A DNA stretch of 48,986 bases, filler included, from Catajapyx aquilonaris (lineage: Eukaryota), in assembly GCA_000934665.2 (NCBI GenBank). It is 2 parts of 2 records of this genome, joined end to end, with 100 filler letters (N's around TTAATTAATTAA, not from the genome) between each part and the next. Parts side by side here need not be neighbours in the genome. Positions count along the whole stretch, not along the records: positions 1 to 24,429 come from JYFJ02005509.1; 1 more part is not named here. One strand, written 5' to 3'. This document shows, in pieces, positions 1 through 13,066 of the stretch. The notes under the pieces were generated by a model. That model was not told the DNA's origin. It worked only from the letters and a program-made list of their open reading frames with translations, and ran no database searches. How positions within the stretch are numbered: the stretch's first letter is position 1; every line of letters begins with the position of its first letter. A program made the position numbers and the translations under genes.

Positions 1-119
1 TCAAAAAATATAAGCTCTTTTTTTCCTCCCCTATCCCTGCGAACAATCAACTTTGCTTTGATGTATTAACCACTTTGTATCCTTTATCTGACAGCCTGCA
101 TGACACAGGCCAAACGTAC

Positions 120-2575
120 CGTGCATTCCGGAACTTCTATGCAAGTGCTATTTCCAGGATAGCACTGCATGGGACAGTCATTCCAGGGTAGATTAGACTG
201 AAAGCTCTGCAAGAAGTAGAAGAGGCACCAGGCAATGATGGTGTTGTAGTAGAGGGCCACGTTGAATGAGACCAGGGCACTGGCAAGTCCTATGCCTCCG
301 AGGTACGGAGACACCTGGTTCCATACACCAATGGCCCCCTTTCGTAGCCTCTGCCCAATGGCCAGCTCCAGGAAGAAAATCGGGATGCCCTCTATCGCCA
401 GCATTATGAAGTATGGAATCAGGAAGGCTCCTACATGTACAATAATATCAATTAATTATGTCCAACATTGTTAAGAGACCGATGCGTACCTCCGCCGTTC
501 TTTTGAGCGAGGTACGGAAACCGCCAGACATTTCCGAGTCCAACTGCATACCCGATAGTCGCTAGCAGGAATGTAAGTTTGCTGTCCCATGATTCCCTTT
601 CTTCTCCTCCTCCTTCAGGCTTGAATCTATCCCTGTCGTCGTCTGGAACCACCGCAGCTCCTCCGCCCCCACCTGCACTCACACCACGACCTCCGACCTG
701 CCAGGTCAAATCATGAATATCAGCAGTGTTGTTCAAGCCACATAAAATACCTACTGAAGCCTATAGCACACTTCGGAAAGAACTTAACGAGGTTGTCGAC
801 TGGAAAAAAAACACCCAATATTTCTTTCTAGATTGACGCTTACGGCCTGTTAGAACTGAGGATATCAACTCGGCTTCGTTCAGGAATAGCATGTTAGCAA
901 GCTCTCTAAGCCCACCAGGGATTTACTCTCCGGCTTGGTTCGCGTATAATACACGCACGCTGCAATTTACGACCCGTTTCTCCCCTGAAAGGAGATTGTT
1001 CACAAATCATTGCTAAGTTATGACCAACGGAAAAGGGTGCACCACCACGGAGCAGTAAATGACGCATTTGCAACACAGGAATTGCCCTAATAACGGGGCT
1101 GTTTCAATGGAGCTCCAAATGATGCAAAGCAATATTCTTCTCGCGTTACGTGACAGTCTGTCAAAACGCGTCTCAGGAAGCTGTTATGGAATTGTAAATT
1201 TTAATGAACTCTGAAGGAACGCCCTCTATTCAAGGGGATGTGATATATCATTCAACAGCTACAGCGGATGTCCTACATGTTCAACACGGTCGTATATACT
1301 GGAGGCCTAAAGCCTTCAAGCAGGTCTGTGGAACAAATCCCTGACCTATCATAGCATTGATTGTAACTTAGGTGCACTTTGGGAATAATACTTTTGTACA
1401 GTTAAATCATCGTCTATTGCACCCAGGTTAACAGGATCATAATTATAGGCGAAGCGGTTATCCTGACTCTGAAGGGCCACCTTTGCGCCTCACTTGCTCT
1501 ACGGGCAGCCTGACAGATAGGATATAAACGTTTGCAATGTTCATCAAAATGTACTGTCAAAATCCCGAAATCCTGAAATCTTCAAAATACGAAACTTTTG
1601 AGAGTGCTGACATGACTCGTAGCAAGTGGAAAATTCCATATCAGTACGTATACAAAATTGTTTAAAATTTTTTTATAACCATCTCCAGGGTTAATGCATA
1701 ACCTATAATAATAAAATGTAGAGAGTATATGAATATCGCGGTCAGGCACTTCTGTCCCATTTTATAAATGCTAATATACAGATATTCCCCTGGATATTCC
1801 AATACTCGAAGAAATCCGAAATCCGAAAAACCGGTCCCAAGCATTTCGGATAAAGGATTCTCATTATGTAGTGCCGCTATGCGTAGCTAACTAATGGGAA
1901 TCAGTAGATTTGTCGTACCGGTATCATTTTCTTTGGTCGTTCTTGCATGTAAGACCACGGAAAACCGTTTTCGATAATTAGCTTTTTAAAGGGCCACTTT
2001 AAGCGTAGAAGATTTTGGCTTGAAATACGTACTGAATTAACGTGTAGGCAAATAAAATATGTCACGAATTATGCTTTACAGTACACGCATTATAAGTACG
2101 CTATGCCTACTATGTCTAAACACTGATTCGTAAATTGGGAATAAAAGAGCTGAGAGAGAAATGGGAAGCAATAGAGGGAAAATGTTGAACCCGACAGCCC
2201 TAATCCAAGCCCATCAGTGGTAGAAACCTGTTCTTTTGTTCGCACATACAAAGAATCTGGACCTGAGAAAATATTTGTCAGATCGGAGCAAATAATGGAG
2301 TCGGAAAAGGGGAGAAGTGTTGACGCAACTCGAAAAGTCAAGCTGCTTCTGAAGTGAGTGCCAGCTGTTGTCCTTCAGTCACAACACACCTTTCCAGGGC
2401 TGAGGTCCTCGAAGGCGACGTTTGTGGTTCCATAGTTGCCACTTCCTCCCCCAGCCCCACCTCCGTTCTCCACAAGACGACTCCTCATCTCCCGTAGCTC
2501 CACTCGATCTATGGACATCTGCGGACGCATGTCCCTGGAGCTCTGCCTCCGAACCAAATGCGCCATGTTCGACAT
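120..2575 (-). CDS. SLC6 family Na+-dependent neurotransmitter/neutral amino-acid transporter (SLC6A15-19/B0AT-like), 5' part; continues beyond the window's left edge
   Basis: Coding exons 2575-2390 (ATG in CAAAATG context; AAG|GTGTGT donor), 697-490 and 430-120 join in phase (0, 1). Hallmark SNF motifs [64 protein letters not shown] and LPW..C. Confidence 0.93.
1554..1868 (+). mobile_element. pogo/Tigger-type MITE resembling Tigger4/MER46 (Zombi)
   Basis: TA-flanked; repeated AAATCCGAAA motifs; GAAACTTTTGAGAGTGCTGACATGAC...GGAAAATTCCA near the 5' end; 3' end GGTCCCAAGCATTTCGGATAAAGGATTCTCA. Family match is from memory of the consensus. Confidence 0.65.
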
Positions 2576-5320
2576 TTTGAAGCCTCTTCTTCGTGTCTTC
2601 TCCCCGTGCTAGTGACGATGTACTGTGTGGGAGGAGACTGACTTATTTGCCTTGAGGGAAAAGTCAGTGAAGATGCATCTTGTGTGCTTTCGTCCTGGGA
2701 TTGGACCACGGAGCTCCAAGGTCGCTTTCGGACATTACTCTTAGCTTGTTTGGTAAAGGGGTTCCCTGCAAAGAGAGCAAGGATCTACAGGTTTGGCTCA
2801 TAACGTTAGACACGAGAGTAAATATTGTCCGAGAGGTAATAACGAGGCGGATAAAATTTGGTAGTAAAATTGATCGGAATAGGCAACGTCGCTTCCGCGG
2901 GTTTTACAGGCGACGATTGATTTCTCAAGTGCTATATCATCCGGAACCCCCCACAAACATTTTTATCCGAGTCTGGACACTGATTTTTATGCAGGGCACG
3001 ACATTCCAGAGGATTCTGCGGCTTTTCATTAGATTTTGTGGGGGTTTTAAACCAATTTTTGCACCATCCTTTACCCTACCAGTACAGGTTGGTATATCAC
3101 TAAGGTATTCCCAGGACTGCTGTTAAATTCGCCAGACCAATGGAATTCTGAAAGATTTACTTAAACGAGCAGTTTAACGTGCGATATGACTTTAACGTTA
3201 CATTAACGGTCCAGTAGGTGAAACAGATCATGTTTAAAATTTTATAAAAATCTGCTTCATGATTGTGTAAACCATCAATGGGTAATGCTGTTTACTGCAC
3301 CATTAGGCTCTAGCCGCAGTTTGTTAGGGAGAGTGTTTAATTAACTGTAACATTACATAACTGCATATGATAGACCAAGGTTTAATTTGATAACGCCCCG
3401 TTTTAGACCGAATGAGCATGACGTAATGTGATAACCTTTCCGAAGCCTAACCCTGTAATTACTCACGACTGATTGGCAGACAGAGGCTTTCGTTTTGATT
3501 TGAACGCAAAGTTGGACGTTGCGGAATTGAGACCTGTAGGAAAAAAGTTGGGCGTTGGTAATGTTCTTCCTCCAAGATTTAAGTGACATATTAGCATTTT
3601 GTGCTCATAAAAGGTCTCGCATACGCCCAGATGTAACGCAACAGGCGACCAGAAACGAGGGGGTGGACTGGAAGGGCAAAAAAAAATACCAGAGTCCTCC
3701 GGATAAGGAACTCCGGATGCTGTTGGTTCTTGGCCAAAACGATTGCATTTGGAAAGTTTCCTCACAATGACACGAAGGCATTCTTTTCCAGTCGGTTAGG
3801 GTTAAGAAAAAAGCACACCGAACAAGAAGACGATTGAGAGGGAAGCACACTTTTTAGTAGATGGGGCGTGTCTTATGTTGTCACCTTGGCTTTAGGAAGA
3901 ACAGAAACGTGCCTTTGATTATTAATTAAACGTGACACAGTTCCTAGCGAAAAACTCATCCCACCAAGTCGTAATCCACCACAGGCTATTGATTAACGGC
4001 ACCAAACACCCGTCCCTATACTAAATGGATCAAATGGAGCCACTGAATACTATGTTGTAATCAGCGTGCACTTTTTAAGGCGTGGCCCACTTTCTAAATG
4101 TTGTCTTCTCTGTTCGTGTAATATCCAGCTCAAAAAATTAATATGACTGCATACTAATTGGAGTGGTTCTAATTAGAGNAGCCTTGCAGTTATATCAACA
4201 ACGTCATACTGTGGGAGTCGGACATATGTCGTAAAAATTGTCACAATGTGAAATACGTGTGCAATATTAAACGAAAGAATGCTTGAAATTTCCTCTACAA
4301 GAAAGGCAATCGAATGTTATTTCCAACAATAAAGTGATGGATGAAAGTGGAAAAAAAGGTGGCGTTACAGCCCCACATAAATATTGGAAGAGGCAGTAAA
4401 GTCCATCGCCATTTTAACTGTAGTGTCCTAGCACTGTAGTAGGGTTCATGGCTGCAAAAAACTGTGATTCCCAACTAATATTTACTTTCACCCAATAGAA
4501 TTGAAAGTGCCAAACATTAGTTCCGGAAATTTGGTTATTCCAAATTAATTAAGCTTTTCCTGATCATATATTATTAAGGGTTTTCATGAATATCATAGTC
4601 ATCTCTGAATTCAAGAGTTTAGTTTTAAAAATGCACAAGTGCATGTCCGTAACTTTATAGATCTGACATATAGCCCAATTTGTCGATTTGTTCGCAGGTG
4701 CGACACATTGTTTCGCGCAATTTAGGCACGCTTATAACTTGTTGCTGAAATATTGATTCAATAATCTCAAATGTACACTGATACGGTTAACAAAGATGTT
4801 TCGTGCCTGATGCAGATAACAATAAAAAAGGTTGCTTTATGGAAAACGATTTCCTTTTGTGCTGGAGAAAGCGAGAGAGAATGAGCAAATTAGATCGTGA
4901 TACCATTACTGCAACTTCGCCTCAGGTGGAGTGGCTGCAAATTTCATTACTAAATGAGGTCACTGACTGTGTCACGACATCAATAACACTTAAATAATTT
5001 AAACGATTCAAAACCAACCGCATTTTTTTATGACCACTGGACAAGATAGTGATGACATGACATGCAACAAAGAGTAACCCAGGACATTGTAACCTTTTAC
5101 CCAAAATTTGTTAGAAATCTGCCAAAAGTGAACCCGACCTTTGCTTCAAGCAACAATTGAAATGTGACGGGAGGTGACAATTGGACACAAGTCAACAGTG
5201 GTACGTACCTCTGGGTAGTGCGTGCGATGGAGCCGGGAGCCAGGGGTTGGCGTCCAGGTTCCTATAGTGGTTCTTCCGAGGGCAGAGGTGGGGGCGGAGG
5301 TGGGGCCAAGAATATCAGTT
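2576..5320 (-). other. Putative 5'UTR exons of the SLC6 gene (2765-2576, 3533-3467, first exon ending at 5209)
   Basis: Strong minus-strand splice signals: acceptor ctctctttgcag before 2765, acceptor ttttttcctacag before 3533, donor gtgagt after 3467, donor gag|gtacgt after 5209. There is no transcript evidence and the TSS is approximate. Confidence 0.45.
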
Positions 5321-5457
5321 GTGGGGGCGGGGAGGGGGGAGGTGTTGTGAGAGCAAGGCGGAGGTGGGATGTGTGGGAGGAAGGGGGGGCAGGAGGCAGG
5401 GAAGGGAGGCCATTGATCGTCGACGCCAGCGCAACCTACCCAGGTCTGCTGACGTCA
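5281..5457. promoter_or_regulatory. G-rich promoter-like region with a perfect CRE (TGACGTCA, 5450-5457)
   Basis: Dense G-runs and GGGGCGG boxes at 5285-5410 plus a palindromic CRE, located between the divergent SLC6 and adhesion GPCR genes. Confidence 0.45.
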
Positions 5458-6553
5458 GTGACCTGCGCCCATTAAACTCCTTTGACTTCAGCTTTTTTTT
5501 TCTGTCCATTTGACCAAAAGTTCGGCGTCTTTCCAGAAACTCATCTTAAGCCACTTTGATGATTGCAATGCGTCTCTGGAGCGATTATGTGGCTGAAACT
5601 GAGCTGTTGGGCTACGAAATATTGTTTCATGATATCTCTTGTAAGAATGTTTACGAGTGTGACAATTTACCAGCATTTTTACATGGACCATAATTGTTTA
5701 ACCATATGAAATTAGTAATAAGTACGCATTTTCAGTTGCTTCTATAACTAAAGATGGCGATGTCTACAACATATTGAAAATGCGGTAGTACGAAAATTGA
5801 TCCTACAAATTAAATATACAGTACACGGAAAAATTAAGATAATCCTGGATTGTATTAATATGTGAATGTTGTGACGTCCGGTATTTCATAATTGTTGATT
5901 TCTTATTAAACAGCGACTAAAAATACATGACTTTACAGTTATCTATTCGGCCTAAGTCATAATGTTTCACATATTTCCATGACTTGTGTTGCAATGTGGA
6001 ATATTAATTGCAGTGCTTGTATAATGTATGTGTCGGTATGTGTAAACTTCTGTTTTTGGATAGTTTCCATGACCGTATCGATCATTCATGTAACAAACGT
6101 GGCTGAGAATGTAGACTGATGGAGAAGCCAGTACAGTAATGAGGTTATCAGAGGCATGAGGTCTTAATAATTAATAAGAAATGTCGGGTCGGGCGACCCC
6201 AAAATCTAGTTGCTTAAAGCAATATGACGCTTCTGGCTGGCAATTCGCAGGAATAATGTGAACACGCGATCTTTACTCTAGGTGCCCAGACAACGAGCAA
6301 AACACATATGGCTTGTAGTCCAGGAGACCTAACAGAAACGTCCCGTTGGCGTTCAGTGTGTGCGTCAGTGCGGTTATGTGTGGTGTGCAAATGAGTGCGG
6401 TTATGGATGTGTGCGCGTATGACTATAAATGAATGTTTGTTTGAATGTGGACATGTGTGTGTGCTCATCCTTCCAACGCCCACCTTACCCATGCTATAAC
6501 AGTGCACAATGTATATCACGGTTTAATTTGGTACTGTGTGAAATTCTCCACAG

Positions 6554-9500
6554 CTACGACAACACAGCGGGCCACAACGACACCTGCTCCAATTCATGAG
6601 ACGACGACAGAGGCTGAGGAGTACTACTACAGCACTGAGAGCCCGGCTGCAACTACAACACCACCACCACCTCCCACAGTCGTTACTCCTGCACCTACGA
6701 CAACCACAGTTCCTACGACTACTCCTGCTCCAACGACTACCCCTACTCCTACAACCACTCCAGCTCCTGTAACAACTCCTACTCCTACTCCTGCTCCTAT
6801 AACTACTACTACGACCACCTCTGCACCTATGACTACTACCACCACTCCTGCTCCTGAGACAACCCCGAAAGCTATCACTCAGGCTCCAGTCGTAGTTGAT
6901 GATGATGACGATGATCCATGTGGTAAGTGAGCGTCCTGGTAAGTGGAGTCAATGATGAGCTCAACAGACAGAGAGACTTATATGCCGCGTAATTCAGTGT
7001 ATTGACAGGGAGTGTTGAGATGATGTCTCCGCCTATACTGTGACCGGTACACAAATACGATATCCGTCTCGATTTTTCTTTTGCAGATGATCCGGGTTAT
7101 GAATACAAAAAAACAGCAGACTACTTTTGGCAGTACATGCCATTAAATGGCACCAGCGACAACGGATACACTAACGAATCGGGACCTGCTCCGGTTAATA
7201 CTGCCATCAAGCTGAATTCGGCTCTGAAGCAGGTGAAGTAGACAAACATAGTGAACATTTTAAGACATTATTGAGGCTTTCACTAAGACATTCTGGCCTT
7301 CGAGATTCAGCAGTGTCCAAACACTTATGAATCATTTGAACTGCATAATATTCGCCAGCAATTGATAGGATTTTATATTTACCGGTATTGTACGATGTTG
7401 CTTTCAGTGTTTCGTTGACAACGATTGGGCAAAGGAAGATGACAAGTGCATGGAGAACATGGATTGTGGAGACGGACTTTCCTTCGCAATTTGGCAAAAG
7501 ACCACCTTCACACCGGACATGTTGCAAAATCCAGATAAGTATCCCCCGATGTACCTCATGAGCACAGGTGGAGACATGCTTCCTCCGGACGACTCTTCAG
7601 AAGGCAGACCCATAGGAGTCCCTGGTGTGTCCTTATACCACCAAGGAGCCAATGTAGTAGCCATATTATCTGTCGGAATAAAAACCTGGAAGCTGACAGT
7701 CACTGGGCAGGTCAAAAACAACACCTGGACCAATTACGCTCTCAGATGGAATTACGCCAGAAAAGACGGAAAAAGAGCAGGTTTGGAGGTAAAACGTTGT
7801 GATTTGAAAAACGTAAATTTTTGCTAATCCTTGATGCTTCAGATGTTTATGAACACCATAAGAGTGGGACAAAGAGTATTTCCCGATTTTACAACCCCGA
7901 GGGCATCTCCGTTCAAGACGCCAACGCTTCTGGTTGGGTGCCACCAGAGGTTAGGTTCCAGGGAACGGACAGGGTTCTCCGACTCTAGCCTGGATGAAAT
8001 AGTGATATGGGAACATCGAATCCCTAACCATTGTAAAAAAGTGTTTCTTGGAGGATATCGTAAGTTCTCATACACCTTGTCACTGACATGTCTTTCAAAA
8101 ATACAAAAATACGGTATGTTTTTCTTTCCAGTGGTTAGCAAGGAAAATGAAGTGAAGCCTTTACTATCAGCCAAGAATATCGATGCTGTGGATTTCAACA
8201 GTCCAGAAGCTGATGAGAAAACAGATGACCTGCTGCAAGACTTCGCTCAGCAGACCACACCTCCGCCTCATAAACATACTCCCCCACCAAACAATCATGC
8301 AACCCCACCTCCAGCAGGTGTCAAAGTGTCTACAAGTATGTCACTGTCTTGTGCATGATGTTCAGGTGGACTCTGCCATCCTACTGGATCTAAATCCACC
8401 AAATTCCTGCCATATTGTCAATTTCTCTCTAAATAATGTATTCTTGATCGCCAGCTCTTTCTCCAAGAGTAGAAGAGTCTGCGATGACCGTAGAAGCCTT
8501 CTCTAGACTTATGCGCCAATTGGCCAATGCCACTATAAAATCGAGTGATCGTGTGATTTCGGCCATGGATAATTTCCTCCGACTGGCGTGGTCTCCAGGT
8601 TGGAAGGTATTGCCAAAGAAAAATCTGCCCGGCATTACCAACACCCTTCTCGACTTTCAAAAGGCGTTGATGAATTATCTGAAAGCATGTAAATTAAATA
8701 ATTGCAACATGAACTCGAAGGACAACAGATTAATGGGTTAGTAACTTGGGTGAAGTTAGTGAAGTGTGAAGGCTAATCACCTGGCACAAAAATTACGACA
8801 TTTTCTGCCACTCAATATATCTTCTTTGCATGACACCTTGCATTCACAGAAGTGGATATGGTAAAGATGCCAGTGAAAGACTTTGAGGCACAAAAAGTAT
8901 GGAATTTAGCCGAGAATCAACCCCGCATAATAAAGAGGAGTGCTTCAAGCGAAAGCTGTCAAAATGCAACACTTGTGCAGAACTTCCAAGCACTCAGTAC
9001 GTACTGTATACACAATGTAACCGATCTAACAGAGGCATGCGGTGCTCATTAAAATTGTACTTGTTTTCAATGCAGTGGATACGAAGATATTCAAAAATGG
9101 ATGTGAAAATGAAAGTGTGTCTCTAGTCGTTGCTCAATACAAGACAGTGGATCAAATGGCTTCAACAGACGCGACTAAAGTGTAAGTTTGAAGTCAATGG
9201 GTGGAGGTCACAATGTAGTATACACGTGCACTATGTCGATAACAAACGTATTTAATTAATTTTCATTTACTGTATTTGTGATACCTTTCGGGAGGGCGGA
9301 GCTTTACTTCGATACCAATAAAATCCTTTTTCTTCCTCAGCTACATCGAGTCCCCATATAGGTCCTTGGACAGCATGATATTTTCTGTGAACTTACTGGT
9401 CGATACACCATGTACTCTCGATCCGAACACATTCTCTAGGAAAAATAACCCGGCAGTGATAAGGTTGTGCTTCCCACACCGAAACAAAGTCAAATCTATC

Positions 9501-11406
9501 CAAAATCCTACATTTCAAGGCAGTAAAGAAGAAACCAATGTAAGGGTGTTGCAACATAAAAAAGGAACCCGTAATACAACTGTGTTATCTCGATTTCAGA
9601 TAACTATGAGACATTGCACAGTTTGGAACCCAGCCTTTGAAAAATTCGGAGCATGGGACACTGTGGGATGCAAGAAAATTGATACTGGGCCAAATGGGAC
9701 CATATGCGAATGCAGCAAGTTCGGGATGTATGCAATCGTAGCGGAGAACATCGAACCCAGGGTAAATGAGGTTTATTTACGCATTCTTGGCAGCTGCCAA
9801 TCTCATCTTATTGTGATTGGATAGCCAGAACGCAAAGGTCCAAATGTGATCCTGACACGAATGCTTATTGCCATATGCCGCGTGTGCTTGTAATGAACCC
9901 GATAAGCCTTAGGGAGGCATTCTTGGACGCTATAGTTGATTTATTTTTATTTTTTTTTCAAACGAGAGATGATTTTGACTATGAACATGAGCAGTTACTG
10001 GGATTATGGACAACAATCAACAACTCGACTTTTCCATACGTATTTTAAGTGTTTCAATGCAGTTTTGTAAAACTGCAATCTTATTACATGGACTAGGCAG
10101 TCTCGTTTGCACCTTCCCTATATAATTGCAGATACCACCGCAGGAGTATGAATGGCACCGCCTTACCAAATACATCTTCACCGGAATATCCTGTTTCCTT
10201 CTTCTGGTGTTCCTGTCCACCATTATGTTCTGCGGGTACGTACTGTATATGTCAAAAAAGGGGGGTACCGAGTACTAATCAGATGCTTTGCAGTAAGGCA
10301 ATGTGGGAGCAGTTCTACCTGCTGAGGTTCAACTTCGGCCTCTGCGTCCTGGTTGGTCTCATTACGTTCTGCGTGACGGACATGGACACTGTCAGGGGTG
10401 ACCGTCAGACCTGTACTGCATTGGGAGCAGTCCTTCAGATGTTCTACATGGCTGCCCACTGGTCACTGGCAATGGACGGTCACTCCAGCTTCTCAGCCAC
10501 CACCAGCGGAATTTATGGAGGAAAACTGAAGGGCTATCTGGCCGTGTCTTGGGGTATAAATCCAAATGATTTGTGTCAATAAGTGGTTTAGATTAGCATG
10601 AATTGACATCTCATTTCGAACAGGCATGTCTTTCCTGTCCATGGGGATTAATTTCCTGAACTACAACACGGTCTTGGGGACTGAACCGACGTGCTTCATA
10701 GCTTGGGATGACGTACCCAAATGGATCTTCTTTGCTCCTGTGCTGGCAGCCATGATTGTAAGATCACCCGTCATACTCTATACACTTCACTCTAAAAGTC
10801 TAAACGTTGCACCCTTTTTTCCAGTTGGGTTTGTTCTTCAGTGGTGTTGCTGTGTTCAACCTGTCCGGAAAAAGAGGACTGGTCAACAGCGAGTCCCTCA
10901 CTCAGGAAGTGAATTCAGTGGCCATAGGCAGCTTCGGCACACAAGCATACTTCTTCATTACGTGGCTCTTTGCAAACGTGGCGTACATCAGAAAGGGAAC
11001 CTTGGGAGGAAAACCTCAGTTTTACAACCCGTTTCACTTTTTAAACTCATGCTCGGTACGTCGAGATGTCTTGCAGCTCTAACTTCAACTCAAATTCTGA
11101 TTCATTCTATAGGGAATTGTGATATTCGCGTTCATGGCTCTGGGGTCGTCACGGTGGAGGACAACAATCACTGGGCAGGCTAAGAAAAGGGTCAGTGTCG
11201 ATGCCGATTTAGAAAGTAAATAGGCATGTAACGTACCCATTGGCACGTTTCTATTTTAACAGAAGGAAATTATGATGAGAGAGGTATACCGTGATGGCAA
11301 GAAGAAGAAGACCAGGAACACGACTCCAAAAGGACCCCAGGAAGGCATCCACGAAACACCAGTCACCCCAGCTTTGAGTGACGACCCTCTTTTTGATCCT
11401 CGGTGA
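6554..11406 (+). CDS. Adhesion GPCR copy 1 (mucin-like Thr/Pro stalk, LamG/pentraxin-like domain, GAIN/GPS, class B2 7TM; ADGRD-like architecture); N-terminal exon not identified
   Basis: 16 phase-consistent GT-AG exons: 6554-6922, 7087-7232, 7408-7788, 7843-8059, 8132-8335, 8455-8736, 8850-8996, 9076-9181, 9341-9539, 9600-9761, 10132-10235, 10294-10553, 10624-10757, 10825-11055, 11113-11190, 11263-11406 (about 1050 aa). GPS-like CTVW...WDTVGC...CECS, seven hydrophobic segments, TGA at 11404-11406, AATAAA at 11592. Confidence 0.88.
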
Positions 11407-12111
11407 ATGATTTATTGCACCACTGGGATATAAGTAGTGAATGTAAAATTGTATCTGAGTCATGTGTCTTATAAGGTCGCACTTATTAAAGTTTAAACAC
11501 AAATACTGCAAGATGCACAATAATCTCATTTACAGGCAAATGCAAGTACCGGTACCGTATTGTAAAGGCACAATTTTTACACAAGTCATCCAATAAAAAA
11601 TATTCATCTTTCAGATTTGATTGTTTTAAAGTGACCACCATGTCGTCAAATTCCACTTACAGATAAACCACTTTACTCTGATCAGTTGCTTCATGGCAGT
11701 GCAAATATAGATCCGTAATTTTCAACACTATTCATAGAAGGGAAGACGTTGTCATGCACACAGGTATAATAATCCTCATAACAACTCGGGCAAGAAAGCT
11801 CGCTTAGGTGCGTGACACTGCAGCTAGATGTAATCAATAAGATTGAGGAAACCTATACACGCCATGGAACCATTCCGTGTTTTCAGGATAGTGCCATCAA
11901 CACACTCTGTAATGATTGTTCTACAGGTGGTTAGGAACACACTTTCCACGAAATGATTGTCTCGTAACTTACATAAACAAGCATTATTTTCGACACTTTA
12001 TGGGGTTACAAAATTTAACGACTATTGCTATAAACGTGTCAATTTAACATTCCAGGTTACAAATTTGTATAACCTTGAATCAAACCATTTGACATTAGGG
12101 ATGTTAAAATA

Positions 12112-13066
12112 TTTATTTATTTTATTTATTTATTTATTTATTTATTTATTACATACCCCATGATCTGGCCTTTAGGCCGATTTTTAGGGGGACACAACCG
12201 CTAGTTACACTCATACACACAACTGGATACGCTTATAAACATTTAGGAAGAACGAGTACAGTTGGAAAATTTGCTGTTTTGTTAGATTATGAAAAACAAA
12301 AGATATATGTTCTAAAGGGATGACAGATAAAGTACCAAGATAGATTTTTCGAGGCGTGGTGAATATGGGGCATTCAAATATAAGTGACCGTGATGTTAGG
12401 GGGATGTTCAAATTGCACCAATCACAATTTTCTTCACTAACCACTTGTATTGATGTTCCTGACTTTATGGGAAGATATTTCGAGCAATTTCTTAGATTTA
12501 TCATCATGCGCTGTAAGTAGAGGGGTAGGCCGTACGTAAGATATGCTTCCAAGCCATGGTCCAGCTTAATCAGTTTGTAATGATTATATCTGTGAGTTTG
12601 TTCCAGTCTTAATAGCAGTTGGGCTTTTAACTGGAGTTGTACTTTAGTATGTAGTAACGATAAATCAGTCTGTAGATCGTGCCACGTTAACCCAAGTTGA
12701 CCCAATAATGTGAGGCAGGAGTTGCGCCAATTTGGTTTATTGGGAGCAATAGAATAGTCATATGCCATTCGTAAGATTGAATTCTCCGGTAGTTTATCAA
12801 ACTTAATTATGAGTTTTGCAACCGATTTAATCAAATTTAGTGTTAAAGGGACTTGGCCAGTTTCCAAATAGACAAAGTATGAAGCTGTATTTCTAGGTAA
12901 TAATAGGAGCTTTTTCAGGAAAAAAAGTTGGACTTGATTCAGAACCTCATATTGAGCTAAGCCCCATATCTGAGCTCCGTATAGTATTATTGGGAGAATG
13001 TGGGCGTTGAATAGCTTAATAGCTACTTGAATATCGCGTAGTTTTAATTTAATAAGGCTTGTCCAG
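12112..13066 (-). mobile_element. 5'-truncated non-LTR retrotransposon (LINE), ORF2 C-terminus
   Basis: Open frame 13065-12211 (…LFNAHILPIILYGAQIWG…LETGQVPL…CDWC…LIFECP) typical of the post-RT and Cys-motif region. (TAAA)n tail at about 12112-12150; target-site duplication GGGATGTTAAAATA at 12098 and 13067. Confidence 0.88.

Noticed and set aside
2680..3126. 148-aa plus-strand ORF
   Set aside because: Non-ATG start, antisense to the SLC6 5'UTR/intron, no recognisable domain.
5587..5640. Candidate signal-peptide exon for adhesion GPCR copy 1
   Set aside because: Its phase-0 donor does not join directly to the phase-1 acceptor at 6554, and the nearest acceptor (5736) gives LLL-stop. Kept only as a hypothesis.
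6627..6878. Val/Gly-rich minus-strand ORFs (also 13794-14120)
   Set aside because: Antisense shadows of the Thr/Pro mucin exons.
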